Made by a program: the position numbers and the translations under genes. A DNA stretch of 64,000 nucleotides from an uncultured Spirochaetaceae bacterium (GTDB lineage: Bacteria; Myxococcota_A; UBA9160; UBA4427): positions 67,513-131,512 of the forward strand of contig CAYTAT010000006.1 in the NCBI GenBank assembly GCA_964435795.1, read 5' to 3'. Under the pieces are notes generated by a model. The model saw only the letters and a list, made by a program, of their open reading frames with translations, had not been told where the DNA came from and did no database searches. This document shows positions 35,671 through 45,449 of the stretch, in pieces. Positions within the stretch are counted from its first letter, which is position 1; the number at the start of each line of letters is the position of its first letter.

Positions 35671-37953
35671 ATGTCGGCTAGAGGAAGAATCGGACGCAGG
35701 TCTCGAGGGTCTCGTTCCGCCTCCTCGCTCCAGAACGCTCGGGATCTGGAGCGGGCCATTGTGGGCGAATTGGGGGGGCGAAGCCGCCCGGCCCTGGGCG
35801 CGCGCGAACTCGAGAGGCGGCTGAGGGTTCCTCGCGGATTGCTGCGTTCACTGGAGAGGGTTCTTCGTGAACTCGAGAGGCGTCGCGTGATCGAGCGCCT
35901 GGGCTTTCGCTATCGGCTGCGACGAGCCGATGGGCTCTTCGAGGGCGTTGTCGAGAGTCGCGACGCAGGTCGGGGCGCGGTTCGAGGCACGGATCGGGTG
36001 CTGGAATTGGACGATCTGGCCGAAGCTCGGCCCGGAGATCGCGTTCTGGTCCAGGAACTCGCGGATGCGAAGAGTGGCAGGGCTGAACTCTATTCGATCC
36101 TCGAGAGTCCGAGATCGGGTTGGATCGGCCTCGTGCAGAGGAATCGCCGCGGATTCGAGATCGTGCCCTACCGGGACTCCGGACGTGGGTCCATTCCGAT
36201 CGAGCGCGGCAATCTCGCAGGGGCGGAGGTAGGAGAGGTCGTCGAAGTTGCTGCGATCGGGCGGTCGGGGAGCAGGGGCCAGGCGCGTTCCATGAGGGTG
36301 GTGGAGCGACTCGGGCAGCCCGGAGATCCAGAAGCGGATTTTCGTGCAGTCGCATGGCGTCATCGTCTGCCCCGAGAATTCTCGGAACGAGCGCTCGAGG
36401 AAGCGCGCCAGATTCCAGCGGAACTCGAGCCCGCTGAAATCTCCCGCAGGCTGGATCTGCGAGATCTCTGCTTCGTCACGATTGATCCCGAAAGCGCTCG
36501 AGACCACGACGATGCGGTTTATGTCCAGACTCGTCCGGGAGTTGGACCCTGCCTCTGGGTCGCCATCGCGGATGTGTCCCACTGTGTTCGGGCCGACTCG
36601 GAACTTGATCGCGAGGCCAGGCTGCGGGGAAATAGCGTGTACTTTCCGGGCCGCAGCATTCCCATGCTGCCCGAACGTTTGTCGAGTGAACTCTGCTCTC
36701 TTCGGCCCGATGAAGACCGCTACGTCCTGGCGGTGGAAATGCATCTGGATGAGGGTGGAGAGCTTGGACGAGCGACTCTGCACGAGGCCGTGATTCGCAG
36801 CCGCATGCGACTCAGCTACCAGGATGCGAATGCCGTGATGGAGAACGCGGGCACTTCTCGGGCCCCGAGTCGCTCGGGCCAGGGGGCTGCCCGGATGGGG
36901 CCCGAGGTCCGCGAGCAACTGCGAGCGCTCGCCGCTCTCTGTTCGAGTCTGAGGTCGAAGCGCCTCTCTTGTGGTTCAATCGACTTCGATCTGCCGGAGC
37001 CCGAATTCATTCTCGATTCGGTGGGTCGTCCCATTGATGTCAGGCGTGCTCAGAGGGGCGCAGCCCATCATGCCATCGAAGAAGCCATGCTCCTGGCCAA
37101 TCGTGCCGTGGCGAAGATTCTGATGGGCGTCGAGGAGCCGACGGTCTATCGGATTCACGAAACGCCGGATCGCGCGGATCTGGAACGACTTGCGAAGCTC
37201 TATCGGAACCTGGGACTTGCCGGCGGGGATCATCGGAATCGTTTCGGTCGCCAGGAACTCCTAGCGGGGATGGATCGGGCTGTGGGTCGACCGGAAGAGG
37301 CTTTCGTACAATCCGTGACGCTCCGGGCCATGAAACAGGCCAGGTATTCACAGCGCTCCAGTGGCCACTTCGCTCTCGGATTCGATCATTACCTGCATTT
37401 CACGTCGCCGATTCGTCGCTATGCGGATCTTGTCGTCCATCGCTCCGTTCGGAAGTTTCTCGAGAGTCGGGAAAGACGAGGAGACGCTCGAGAGGAGATG
37501 GAAAGGATCGCGATTCGTACGTCGGCAAGGGAACGTATCGCGGTGACCTCGGAGCGGGAGATGAATGGCTTGATGCGTTGTACCGTGATGCGCGGGCGGG
37601 TCGGAGAGAGCTTCGACGGAATTGTGACCGGTGTGGCTGAGCAGGGTCTCTACGTGACGCTGGCGGCGCCTTTCGTCGAGGGCCTGGTTCCGATTTCATC
37701 GCTCGACGGATATTTCGACTACGATCCGGATCGGCAACGTCTGATTGCTCGCCGTTCTGGCCACCACCATGGACTGGGGGATCGCCTTCGGGTGCTCCTC
37801 AACTCGGTCGACCCGATCCGAGGATGGATCAATTTCCTTCTCAACGATGAGGATGGATCGGAGGTCGCTTCCGGCAGAGGGAATAATCGACTTCGGCGTT
37901 CCGGTCGCCCGCGATCCCAGGGCCGAGGTGGGCGCATGCGGGGCCGACGCTGA
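35671..37953 (+). CDS. rnr: Ribonuclease R
   Basis: RNB domain (FVTIDPESARDHDDAVYV) with cold-shock-like N-terminal domains, a C-terminal S1 domain and a basic tail. Confidence 0.9.
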   Translation: MSARGRIGRRSRGSRSASSLQNARDLERAIVGELGGRSRPALGARELERRLRVPRGLLRSLERVLRELERRRVIERLGFRYRLRRADGLFEGVVESRDAGRGAVRGTDRVLELDDLAEARPGDRVLVQELADAKSGRAELYSILESPRSGWIGLVQRNRRGFEIVPYRDSGRGSIPIERGNLAGAEVGEVVEVAAIGRSGSRGQARSMRVVERLGQPGDPEADFRAVAWRHRLPREFSERALEEARQIPAELEPAEISRRLDLRDLCFVTIDPESARDHDDAVYVQTRPGVGPCLWVAIADVSHCVRADSELDREARLRGNSVYFPGRSIPMLPERLSSELCSLRPDEDRYVLAVEMHLDEGGELGRATLHEAVIRSRMRLSYQDANAVMENAGTSRAPSRSGQGAARMGPEVREQLRALAALCSSLRSKRLSCGSIDFDLPEPEFILDSVGRPIDVRRAQRGAAHHAIEEAMLLANRAVAKILMGVEEPTVYRIHETPDRADLERLAKLYRNLGLAGGDHRNRFGRQELLAGMDRAVGRPEEAFVQSVTLRAMKQARYSQRSSGHFALGFDHYLHFTSPIRRYADLVVHRSVRKFLESRERRGDAREEMERIAIRTSARERIAVTSEREMNGLMRCTVMRGRVGESFDGIVTGVAEQGLYVTLAAPFVEGLVPISSLDGYFDYDPDRQRLIARRSGHHHGLGDRLRVLLNSVDPIRGWINFLLNDEDGSEVASGRGNNRLRRSGRPRSQGRGGRMRGRR

Positions 37954-38042
37954 GTCCGACGTAAAGGCGTTGATTCCGGAATCATGCCAGCGGCTGGTCA
38001 GCGAGGAGGAATCCGGCCTTCGATGCCTCTGGGGAGGGAAAG

Positions 38043-38489
38043 TCAGCCCCGGGGCTCTGCCCTTTCGCCCTGACCGGGAGCGAGACCGGGGCCCTCGTTC
38101 GAAGGCTGCCCGAGTTGTCCCGGGCCTCTCAACGCGAAGATCAGGCCCGCCAGGGTGAAAAGCAGACCCGTCTGGGTGCCTCCGTGAAGCAGGGCTTCAA
38201 CGGTACCCAGGACGCCGAGACTCGCTGCTCCGAGCAAGGAGACGACCAGAAGCATCGTCGCTGCTGGCCGACGGATCCGGGGTGACGATCCCAGGCGGCG
38301 GCATACGATCGTCACGACTGCGATCCCGATGCACGTGCTGGCGAGCCATCGTTCGGGCGCAGATTCCTCCACACCGTTCTTTCCGAGCAGGATCAATCCC
38401 ATGCAGCCGACGAGTAGCGCGAGGACACCCCAATGGAGGCCACGCAGCCAGGGGTCGGGATTGCTTCTCGGCTTCGTGTCGGCGGGCAT
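38043..38489 (-). CDS. Hypothetical small integral membrane protein (about 4 TM)
   Basis: Four hydrophobic helices. No family recognised. Confidence 0.45.
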   Translation of the reverse strand: MPADTKPRSNPDPWLRGLHWGVLALLVGCMGLILLGKNGVEESAPERWLASTCIGIAVVTIVCRRLGSSPRIRRPAATMLLVVSLLGAASLGVLGTVEALLHGGTQTGLLFTLAGLIFALRGPGQLGQPSNEGPGLAPGQGERAEPRG

Positions 38490-38713
38490 CGGGGGTTTCT
38501 AGAATCGCTTTTCTCGGGAAAGGCACCCAGACTAGCCCGGATTCGCCCCCAATGCGGCGAACCCGATCCACTCGGGATGCCTGACTTCCAGGAGAATCGA
38601 GGGGGACCCTATGATTTCGCCTCGGGTAGCTGGGGGGCTGCATCCGCGGGCCCGCTGAAGGGCATTCCGGATGCTGGCGGGGACTCGGGCAATTCCGCAT
38701 TCTTGAGTCCCCT

Positions 38714-39178
38714 ATGCGGTTTTCTCACCAAGTCTACTACGCGGTCTGCAGTGTTTTTGATCTCGCCTACAACGGCTTCGGTCGGCCGGTTCAGGTTCGC
38801 ATCATCAGCGAACGTCAAGGGATTCCCACTCGATACCTGGAACAGATCTTCCAACGCCTGAGGCGAGGCCAGATCGTCAAGGGTCGCCGCGGGCCCGGAG
38901 GCGGGTATGTGCTCGCGCTCGATCCGGCGGATATCTCGTTGCGACAGATCATCGAGGCGGTCGAGGGCCCGGTAGGCCAGGTTTCTGGCGAATTGGCTCG
39001 AGGTTCCGAGGCCGCGGATGAGGAGACCGTCCCGGGCAGGCCCGATTTTCTATGGCCCCTGCTCTCAGCGAGGGTTGCCGAAGTTCTCGCTGAATTCAGC
39101 ATCGCTGAACTCTGTCACGAGGCCGCGCGAAATGGCGTGCCGAGACTTGGCTCCATCAATCACGACTATCAGATCTGA
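38714..39178 (+). CDS. Rrf2-family transcriptional regulator
   Basis: YAVCSVFDLAYNG...ISERQGIPTRYLEQIFQRLRRGQIVKGRRGPGGGYVLA winged-helix signature. No obvious C-terminal Cys triad. Confidence 0.85.
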   Translation: MRFSHQVYYAVCSVFDLAYNGFGRPVQVRIISERQGIPTRYLEQIFQRLRRGQIVKGRRGPGGGYVLALDPADISLRQIIEAVEGPVGQVSGELARGSEAADEETVPGRPDFLWPLLSARVAEVLAEFSIAELCHEAARNGVPRLGSINHDYQI

Positions 39179-39190
39179 AACCCCAGGCCA

Positions 39191-39439
39191 ATGAGACAAG
39201 TTCGCATGGCATTGATTTATTGCCTACACTCGATGGCGAAGTTGCCGCACTCGCTTTCAGCAGAGAGCGGGGACCACTCCCTCCACTTCATCATCGAGAG
39301 TCTGGACGCTCCAGGTACGGAAACGCACCTCGCAGAGGAGGCGGATCCCCGCTGGATTTCCGGCACGAGTCTCTCCGCTGAGAACTCAGAAGTGGCAGGT
39401 GAAGATCCCGGGGATGAATCCCAGCGAGTGGGCGGTTGA
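39191..39439 (+). CDS. Questionable small acidic ORF ending in Gly-Gly (68-82 aa)
   Basis: The only open frame in the 257-bp gap. Third-position GC looks similar to neighbouring genes. Ends ...QRVGG* and its stop overlaps the JAMM gene TTG start. No beta-grasp-like hydrophobic pattern. Confidence 0.25.
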   Translation: MRQVRMALIYCLHSMAKLPHSLSAESGDHSLHFIIESLDAPGTETHLAEEADPRWISGTSLSAENSEVAGEDPGDESQRVGG

Positions 39440-39954
39440 CCGTGTCGCGGCGGGTGGAATTGAATCGCGATCTGGCATCGGCACTCGCCCCGGCGAAGGT
39501 GCTGCACGAAATGTGTCGCCACGCGCTGGATTCAGCACCCGAAGAATGCTGCGGGCTGATCACGGGAAGAGATGATGATCCCTACATGGAAGTGAATCGA
39601 ATTACCAACGTGATGACGAAGATGCACCTGAGCGATCCAGTTGAATTTCCGCGAGATGCGCATCATGCCTACTATATGGCGGAAACGGAGTACCTCCGTG
39701 TGCAGACGGAAGCCGAGGCTCGGGGGCAGGTCATCACCGCCATCTATCACTCTCATTGCAACGCCGGTGCTTATCTCTCCGATGAGGATCTCATCTACGC
39801 CGAGAGTCCGCTTTTCCCATTCCCCGGGGCTGCCCAGATCGTATTGAGCGTGTTGGGAGGAAGAATCAAGGAGGCCGCCATTTTCAAGGTCGACTCCGAA
39901 GGCAGCCATTATCGCGGTGTCCAGGGCCAACTATTGGAGGCTCGCGAAGAGTGA
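39436..39954 (+). CDS. JAMM/MPN+ metalloprotease (Mec+/Mov34 family)
   Basis: EECCGLI (conserved Glu) plus the JAMM motif YHSHCNAGAYLSDED (H-S-H-x7-S-x2-D). Start is TTG 39436 or GTG 39442. Confidence 0.85.
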   Translation: MTVSRRVELNRDLASALAPAKVLHEMCRHALDSAPEECCGLITGRDDDPYMEVNRITNVMTKMHLSDPVEFPRDAHHAYYMAETEYLRVQTEAEARGQVITAIYHSHCNAGAYLSDEDLIYAESPLFPFPGAAQIVLSVLGGRIKEAAIFKVDSEGSHYRGVQGQLLEAREE

Positions 39955-41006
39955 TTCGCCCCCTCCCTTCATCAGTGGCCGGGAGATGCCTCTCGTTCGC
40001 CTGCCTCTTCCTATTGGGATGTGCGGGTGGAGGGGTGCCCCTGGATGAGGTCACAGCGGCCCCCTTGGCTCTCGTCTATTGGGATGAGGTGGCGGCCCGC
40101 GAGCGTGCCGAAGCGATGGACAATTTGCGGGACGGGAAGAGAGGATCGGTACGCCGGGGAGTGGCCAGTGTCGAGAGTGTGGCCGAATACATCAATCCCT
40201 CCGAAAGGATGCGGAGGGGTCAGAAGATCAAGGACCTGCCCGGTCGAATTGCTCTGCTCAATGCCCGTACCCTGGAGCTCAGCCCTTTTCCATTTGCGCC
40301 CGCAAATTCCAGGCCGTTGGCCTGGTCGAGGAATCATCGCAAATTGCTCTTCAGCAGCGGCCACCTCGATCGCGGACGCACGCAACTCTTCGAATATGAT
40401 CTTGACAGTGATCAGGTGAGTAAATTGACTCGCGGACCTCGTTATCATTTCGAGGGCGATTATGCGACGGATGGGAGGATTGTCGCCTCCTGGTTGGACG
40501 TTACTCGGGCGCAGAGAAAGACGGGTATGGATATCCTCTCGGCCACCGGTTCGCTGGATGCGGAGTTCGTCACGAGCGACAACCCTATGAGTCCGAAGTG
40601 GTTGCGCGAGCAGGATCGAATCATTTATGTGCGGGCCAATCGCGGGGGCAGGGCGGCTCCGGATAGTTTCGGGATCATGGTCCGCGACGCAGTGCCCGCT
40701 GCCCAGACACGCCCACTGAGCCGGGGACGCGAACCTGTACTGACCCCCGATGGAGAGTGGATCGTCTACACGCGGCTGACGCAGGAGGGTTGGAGATTGC
40801 AGCGAATGCGAGCCGATGGCTCAGCGCGCTCTTCCCTGGGAGATGGATCCCTGGACGCGCGCTGGCCGGCGGTATCTCCTGACGGGCGGCATGTGGCGTA
40901 TATATCCAATGAAGACGGTATCGATCGGCTCTATCTGCGCCGAATGGATGGAAGTGGTGACAGGATCCTGTTGCCGACCGGTGGTGCCGCTTTTCCTGTC
41001 TGGTAA
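39951..41006 (+). CDS. TolB-like beta-propeller (PD40 repeat) lipoprotein
   Basis: Lipobox FLLGCAG. C-terminal PD40-type repeats (PVLTPDGEWIVYTR, PAVSPDGRHVAYIS). GTGA overlap with the JAMM gene stop. Confidence 0.7.
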   Translation: MIRPLPSSVAGRCLSFACLFLLGCAGGGVPLDEVTAAPLALVYWDEVAARERAEAMDNLRDGKRGSVRRGVASVESVAEYINPSERMRRGQKIKDLPGRIALLNARTLELSPFPFAPANSRPLAWSRNHRKLLFSSGHLDRGRTQLFEYDLDSDQVSKLTRGPRYHFEGDYATDGRIVASWLDVTRAQRKTGMDILSATGSLDAEFVTSDNPMSPKWLREQDRIIYVRANRGGRAAPDSFGIMVRDAVPAAQTRPLSRGREPVLTPDGEWIVYTRLTQEGWRLQRMRADGSARSSLGDGSLDARWPAVSPDGRHVAYISNEDGIDRLYLRRMDGSGDRILLPTGGAAFPVW

Positions 41007-41087
41007 GAGGGCGGCCGGTTCCCCTCGCTTCGAGTGGCCCCGGTTGTTCGCCCGAAGATGGTTTTCAACGAGAAAGAGAAGGAATTC

Positions 41088-42353
41088 ATGACTCAGGAAG
41101 CTCAGCAAGATCTGGTACCAGTTCATGGGGGACTGGATGCACCCATCAATCGAATCGTGCCTCTTCATGCGCGGCGAGCCTTTCTCGCCGAGGTCGCAGC
41201 GTTGCCGTCGGTCGTCGTCTCCACGGCGGATCGATCTACGGTCTATCGCCTGGGCGATGGTGCTCTCTCACCCCTCGAGGGCCCGATGAAAGAGGTCGAG
41301 TACAATCAGGTACTCGATTCCTCGGCGATCACTCGCGAGGGCCGTCGCTATGCCTGGACGATCCCCCTCTCCCTGCCCCTGAGCGAATCCGAGGCGGCGA
41401 ATATTTCATCGGGCTCCTCCGTGGCCGTGGTGACCGAAGCGGGGGATCCCATCGCGATCATCGATGACGTCGAAGTCTTCGATTGGGATAAGGGAAAGTA
41501 TATTCGCAGTGTCTACGGTACGGATCGCGTGGATCATCCCGGCGGGCGCATGGTGGATGGCGATTCACGTGAGAAGCTGATTGGCGGATCGATCCGAACC
41601 CTGCCTCAGCCCGTCAGTTCGGAATATGGTCAGTATATGCTCTCTCCTCTGATGGTCAGGGCACTCATCCGAGATCGTCAATGGCAGAGGGCTCTCGCCT
41701 TTCAGACCAGGAATCCCCTGCATAGAGCGCATGAATACGCCCTGGTTGCAGGGGTGGAAAATCTGACAGCCGATGGCCATTTCACCGGAGCGGTCCTGAA
41801 TCCCCTGGTCGGAGAGTTGAAGGGCGACGACGTCCCGGCGGCCGTTCGCATGCGTTGCTATCGGGCATTGCACGAGGAGAATCTGCTCGGTGATGGCGAC
41901 AAGGACGAGGCCATCTGGGAGAAGGCCGGCTACGACATTTCCGAAATCTTCGAATTGATCGGTCTCGATATCAAAATGTTCTACGGGGGTCCCAAGGAAG
42001 CCGTGATGCATGGCATCTATCGTCAGAATTACGGCTTCAGCGATATCGTGATCGGTCGCAAGCACGCCGACGCACCCTACGAGGATGGCAGCGCCATCTG
42101 GGGGGATTTCGATGCCCACCAGATCTTTGAAAAACTGGAGGGGGATCTTCGGATTCAGCCCTGCAAGATCGGCTTCGCGGCCTACTATGAATCCCTGGGT
42201 CGAGTTGATCTGACGGAGCGACATTCGGAGGAGAAGCCCTTCGGAATCAGCGGGACGAAGGTCCGGGAGCAACTCAGGAATGGCGAGAGGCCCGATGTCC
42301 GCATCATGAGGCCCGAAACCTCGGATATCCTCATCGAGGCATATCGTTCCTGA
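41088..42353 (+). CDS. sat: Sulfate adenylyltransferase (ATP sulfurylase)
   Basis: QTRNPLHRAHEYAL and GRKHAD motifs. ATG 41088 is preceded by GAGAAGGA. Confidence 0.9.
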   Translation: MTQEAQQDLVPVHGGLDAPINRIVPLHARRAFLAEVAALPSVVVSTADRSTVYRLGDGALSPLEGPMKEVEYNQVLDSSAITREGRRYAWTIPLSLPLSESEAANISSGSSVAVVTEAGDPIAIIDDVEVFDWDKGKYIRSVYGTDRVDHPGGRMVDGDSREKLIGGSIRTLPQPVSSEYGQYMLSPLMVRALIRDRQWQRALAFQTRNPLHRAHEYALVAGVENLTADGHFTGAVLNPLVGELKGDDVPAAVRMRCYRALHEENLLGDGDKDEAIWEKAGYDISEIFELIGLDIKMFYGGPKEAVMHGIYRQNYGFSDIVIGRKHADAPYEDGSAIWGDFDAHQIFEKLEGDLRIQPCKIGFAAYYESLGRVDLTERHSEEKPFGISGTKVREQLRNGERPDVRIMRPETSDILIEAYRS

Positions 42354-42443
42354 GTGCGGCTTCGGCCGAATTGCCTGCGCGGTGTCGGACTCAGCCCGGA
42401 GGAGCCCTGGAGATTCTTCTCCTGGCTTCTCCGGATCGTCCGA

Positions 42444-43547
42444 TCAGAGCTGACCCTTCTTGGTCAGGATTCGACGCGCATGGGTGGAGATTGCCGTGGG
42501 GACATCTCGGCTCTTCATGAGAGTGCGCAGATCCCGATCCTGCAGGTAGTTCAGGAATTTCACGGCCTGGGGCTGAGGGGTCTTGGGATTCGTCGCGAGT
42601 GCCAGCTTGATCTTATAACTCCGGGTCCAGTCCTTGTTGGTGGAAATCAGTCGCAGGATTTCCTCACCGACGGAGCGGGATTGGGCGATGGCGATGACTT
42701 CCGATTCCGTGATCTTGGGGCTTTGCAGCGCCGAAACCGCGATGATCTTGTTGCGGTCCTTGAGCAGAAGAGTGCGTGCTTCCTTGCCTCCGGTTCTGGC
42801 CAGCTTGATCTTCTCCATGACGTTCATATTCTGGATCGCTGCGAAGAGGCTGAGTTCGGTCTTCTCGTCTTCTGCGGATTTCTCGGAGGCCAGCAGGCGG
42901 GCGATTGATGTGGAATCTTCTCCGAGCATCGCCGCGATCGCCCGCTGGGCGGCTTCCTCGCTGAGGTCCTCTTCTTCATCCTGACCGACAGGGCCCTCCG
43001 CTTCCGATCCCAGGAAGGAAAGGATGCGCTGGATTGCCGCACGGCCCGTCAGGGGATTGCCCCCGAGAGATTCGACAATTCTTTCGCCGCATCGGAGTCT
43101 CTCCTGATTGTGGCTGATGATATCCACGACGGAACGCAGGGGCAGGCTCGCCAGGTAGGCGAGCGTCTCATCGAGAACAGCGGGATTGAGCGCAATCTCC
43201 TCACAGGTGGCGGAGTCCTCGCGATGCAGATGGGCGAGGTAGTCCAGCAGTTCTCCATGGGCTGGGCCCCGGGCGACCGTCCCCAGTACACCTGGCGGGA
43301 GATCGACGAGACTGGCGCGAGCGGCTTCCCGAACGTCGCTCTCGGTGTCATGAGAAAGAACGAAAAGAGTCGTGACCAGATCTACAGGCTCAAGAGGGAG
43401 GGCCCCCCTCGCCGCCATTCTGCGAGCCTCCACCGGAGCATCCCGCCGAACGTATTTCTCCGCCTGGGCCGAGAGCTTGATTCGGATCTTCCGTTTTCCG
43501 CTTTCAGCCGCCACTTCTGCTTCCTCTGCTCGAATCCGATCGAGCAT
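42444..43547 (-). CDS. Hypothetical HEAT/ARM-like repeat protein
   Basis: Repeated D..VR.AA..SL..LP and NP.TP helical-repeat patterns. Last gene of the nadC-birA-coaX transcription unit. Confidence 0.55.
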   Translation of the reverse strand: MLDRIRAEEAEVAAESGKRKIRIKLSAQAEKYVRRDAPVEARRMAARGALPLEPVDLVTTLFVLSHDTESDVREAARASLVDLPPGVLGTVARGPAHGELLDYLAHLHREDSATCEEIALNPAVLDETLAYLASLPLRSVVDIISHNQERLRCGERIVESLGGNPLTGRAAIQRILSFLGSEAEGPVGQDEEEDLSEEAAQRAIAAMLGEDSTSIARLLASEKSAEDEKTELSLFAAIQNMNVMEKIKLARTGGKEARTLLLKDRNKIIAVSALQSPKITESEVIAIAQSRSVGEEILRLISTNKDWTRSYKIKLALATNPKTPQPQAVKFLNYLQDRDLRTLMKSRDVPTAISTHARRILTKKGQL

Positions 43548-43645
43548 GCGCCCCCCACAGAATCGGGGTGGCCCTGGGGAGGGTCGAAAATTTCAAGCCT
43601 CCGGTATTCGAAGTGTTCCCTTCTTCCTGCGAGCGTTGGCTCCCC

Positions 43646-44434
43646 TCAGCGATTCTTCTCGAAAAGAATTCGCAAGCCTTCCAAGGTGAGAAAGGGAACG
43701 ACCTCCTCGATAACCTCGCTTTCCTCGGCGATCCGTCTCGCCAGACCGCCCGTGGCGATCACCCGGGCGCCTTCTCCAAGTTCTTCTCGGATTCGGTTCA
43801 CCATGGAATCGACGAGTCCGGCGTTGCCGAAGAGCAGTCCGGCCTGAAGAGCCGCGGTGGTTGTCTTTCCGATGATGGTCTTGGGCCGGGAAATTTCCAC
43901 TCGATGGAGCTTGGAGGCGCGTTCGAATAGGGCCTCCATGGAGATGTGGATGCCAGGGCAGATGACCCCACCCATATATTCCCCATTCTCCGAGATGCAG
44001 TCGAAAGTCGTGGCCGTTCCGAAATCGACTGCGATCAGCGGTCCCCCGAAGATTTCGTATGCAGCCACAGCATTGACGATTCTATCCGCTCCGACCTCAT
44101 GAGGATTCTCATAACGAACGGGCATTCCTGTTCGCATGCCGGGGCCGACCACGAAGGGGTTCTGCTTGAAGAGTTTCAGCGTGACGCGTTCCCAGATGGG
44201 TACCACGGGAGGGACGACGCTCGATAGGATTACATCCGTTACGTCAGAGGTTTTGCGATTCTCATGTTCGAAGAGGGAATGGAGCGCGATCGCCAACTCA
44301 TCGGAGGTCTGTTCACGATGGGTAGACAGCCGCCAATGTTGGGAGAGGGTTCCGACGTCAAGTTCGTAGTCGAAAATTCCCAGCGAGACATTGGTATTCC
44401 CGATGTCCACAACGAGCAGACTGGTTTCAGGCAC
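43646..44434 (-). CDS. coaX: Type III pantothenate kinase
   Basis: LLVVDIGNTN, DRIVNAVAA and AVDFGTATTFD motifs. GTG 44434 has an AAGGAG RBS and lies just after the birA stop; ATG 44461 is an alternative. Confidence 0.9.
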   Translation of the reverse strand: MPETSLLVVDIGNTNVSLGIFDYELDVGTLSQHWRLSTHREQTSDELAIALHSLFEHENRKTSDVTDVILSSVVPPVVPIWERVTLKLFKQNPFVVGPGMRTGMPVRYENPHEVGADRIVNAVAAYEIFGGPLIAVDFGTATTFDCISENGEYMGGVICPGIHISMEALFERASKLHRVEISRPKTIIGKTTTAALQAGLLFGNAGLVDSMVNRIREELGEGARVIATGGLARRIAEESEVIEEVVPFLTLEGLRILFEKNR

Positions 44435-44438
44435 GGCT

Positions 44439-45449
44439 CTACGACTCCTTTTGGGGATCATCCTTGCAGATCGTTACGTCTCCGGCCAGCAGCGACGTTT
44501 TTTCTCCGGAGGGAAGGTCGATTTCCAGCGCCCCGTTGGCCGCAAGCCCCGTGGCGATGCCCTCGGTTCGTCCTCCGCGCATATCCTCCACGATGATCCG
44601 TCGTCCGAGCATATGAAAGTAGGCGTCCAGGCGGGGGCGGATCGCCGGCATTCCCCCCTCTTGATGTTTGTCGAGGATCTTCTCGAGGATCGAATAGAGT
44701 CGGCAAGTGAATTGTATCCGATCCACCGATTTGCCCGAATGGGATCTGAGGCTGGTCGCCCGGGCTCGGAATTCCTCCGGAAATTCCTGCCTGTCGACGT
44801 TCAGATTGACCCCGATTCCCAGGATCGCGAAATCGATCTGATTTTCCTCCGCCTGCAACTCCATCAGGATTCCAGAGGTCTTCAGTCCGCTCAGCAGAAC
44901 ATCGTTGGGCCATTTGATCTCGACTTCATCCGCTTCGCCGAGTGTCGCAGACACGGCATCCGCCACTGCGAGTCCGGCGGCCAGAAGCAGGGTCGGGGCG
45001 GCGGCGGTGTCGAGGCTGGGTCTCAATACGATCGACGTGTAGAGGTTGGTCATGCTTGGAGAGAAGAAATTGCGTCCGAGCCGGCCCCGCCCCGCCGATT
45101 GGGATTCGGCAATGACCGTAGTTCCATGGCCAGCACCCTTGCGGGCGAGTTCGGCCGCGACGCGATTGGTGGAATCCGTTTCTTCGAAATAGTGGAGTTC
45201 ATGCCCCAGCCAGCGATTTTCCAGGCCCCGATCGATTTCTTCTGGATAGAGGCGATCCGGTACATCGCGCAGAAGGTAGCCTCCTCCGGGTGTCCCTTCG
45301 ATTTCATAGCCGCGCTTGCGAAGAGTACTCACATTCTTCCAGATTTGGGCCCTGGAAACTCCGAGTTCTGCCGAGAGGTCTTCGCCCGACAAGGTCTCGC
45401 CTCTGGCCGTGTACAGAGCGTCGAGGATGGCCCGGGGTCCGAGGCTCAC
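44439..45449 (-). CDS. birA: Bifunctional biotin-protein ligase / biotin operon repressor BirA
   Basis: N-terminal HTH (LSAELGVSRAQIWKNVSTLRKRGYEIE) and ligase motif GRGRLGRNFFSP. GTGA overlap with the nadC stop. Confidence 0.9.
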   Translation of the reverse strand: MSLGPRAILDALYTARGETLSGEDLSAELGVSRAQIWKNVSTLRKRGYEIEGTPGGGYLLRDVPDRLYPEEIDRGLENRWLGHELHYFEETDSTNRVAAELARKGAGHGTTVIAESQSAGRGRLGRNFFSPSMTNLYTSIVLRPSLDTAAAPTLLLAAGLAVADAVSATLGEADEVEIKWPNDVLLSGLKTSGILMELQAEENQIDFAILGIGVNLNVDRQEFPEEFRARATSLRSHSGKSVDRIQFTCRLYSILEKILDKHQEGGMPAIRPRLDAYFHMLGRRIIVEDMRGGRTEGIATGLAANGALEIDLPSGEKTSLLAGDVTICKDDPQKES

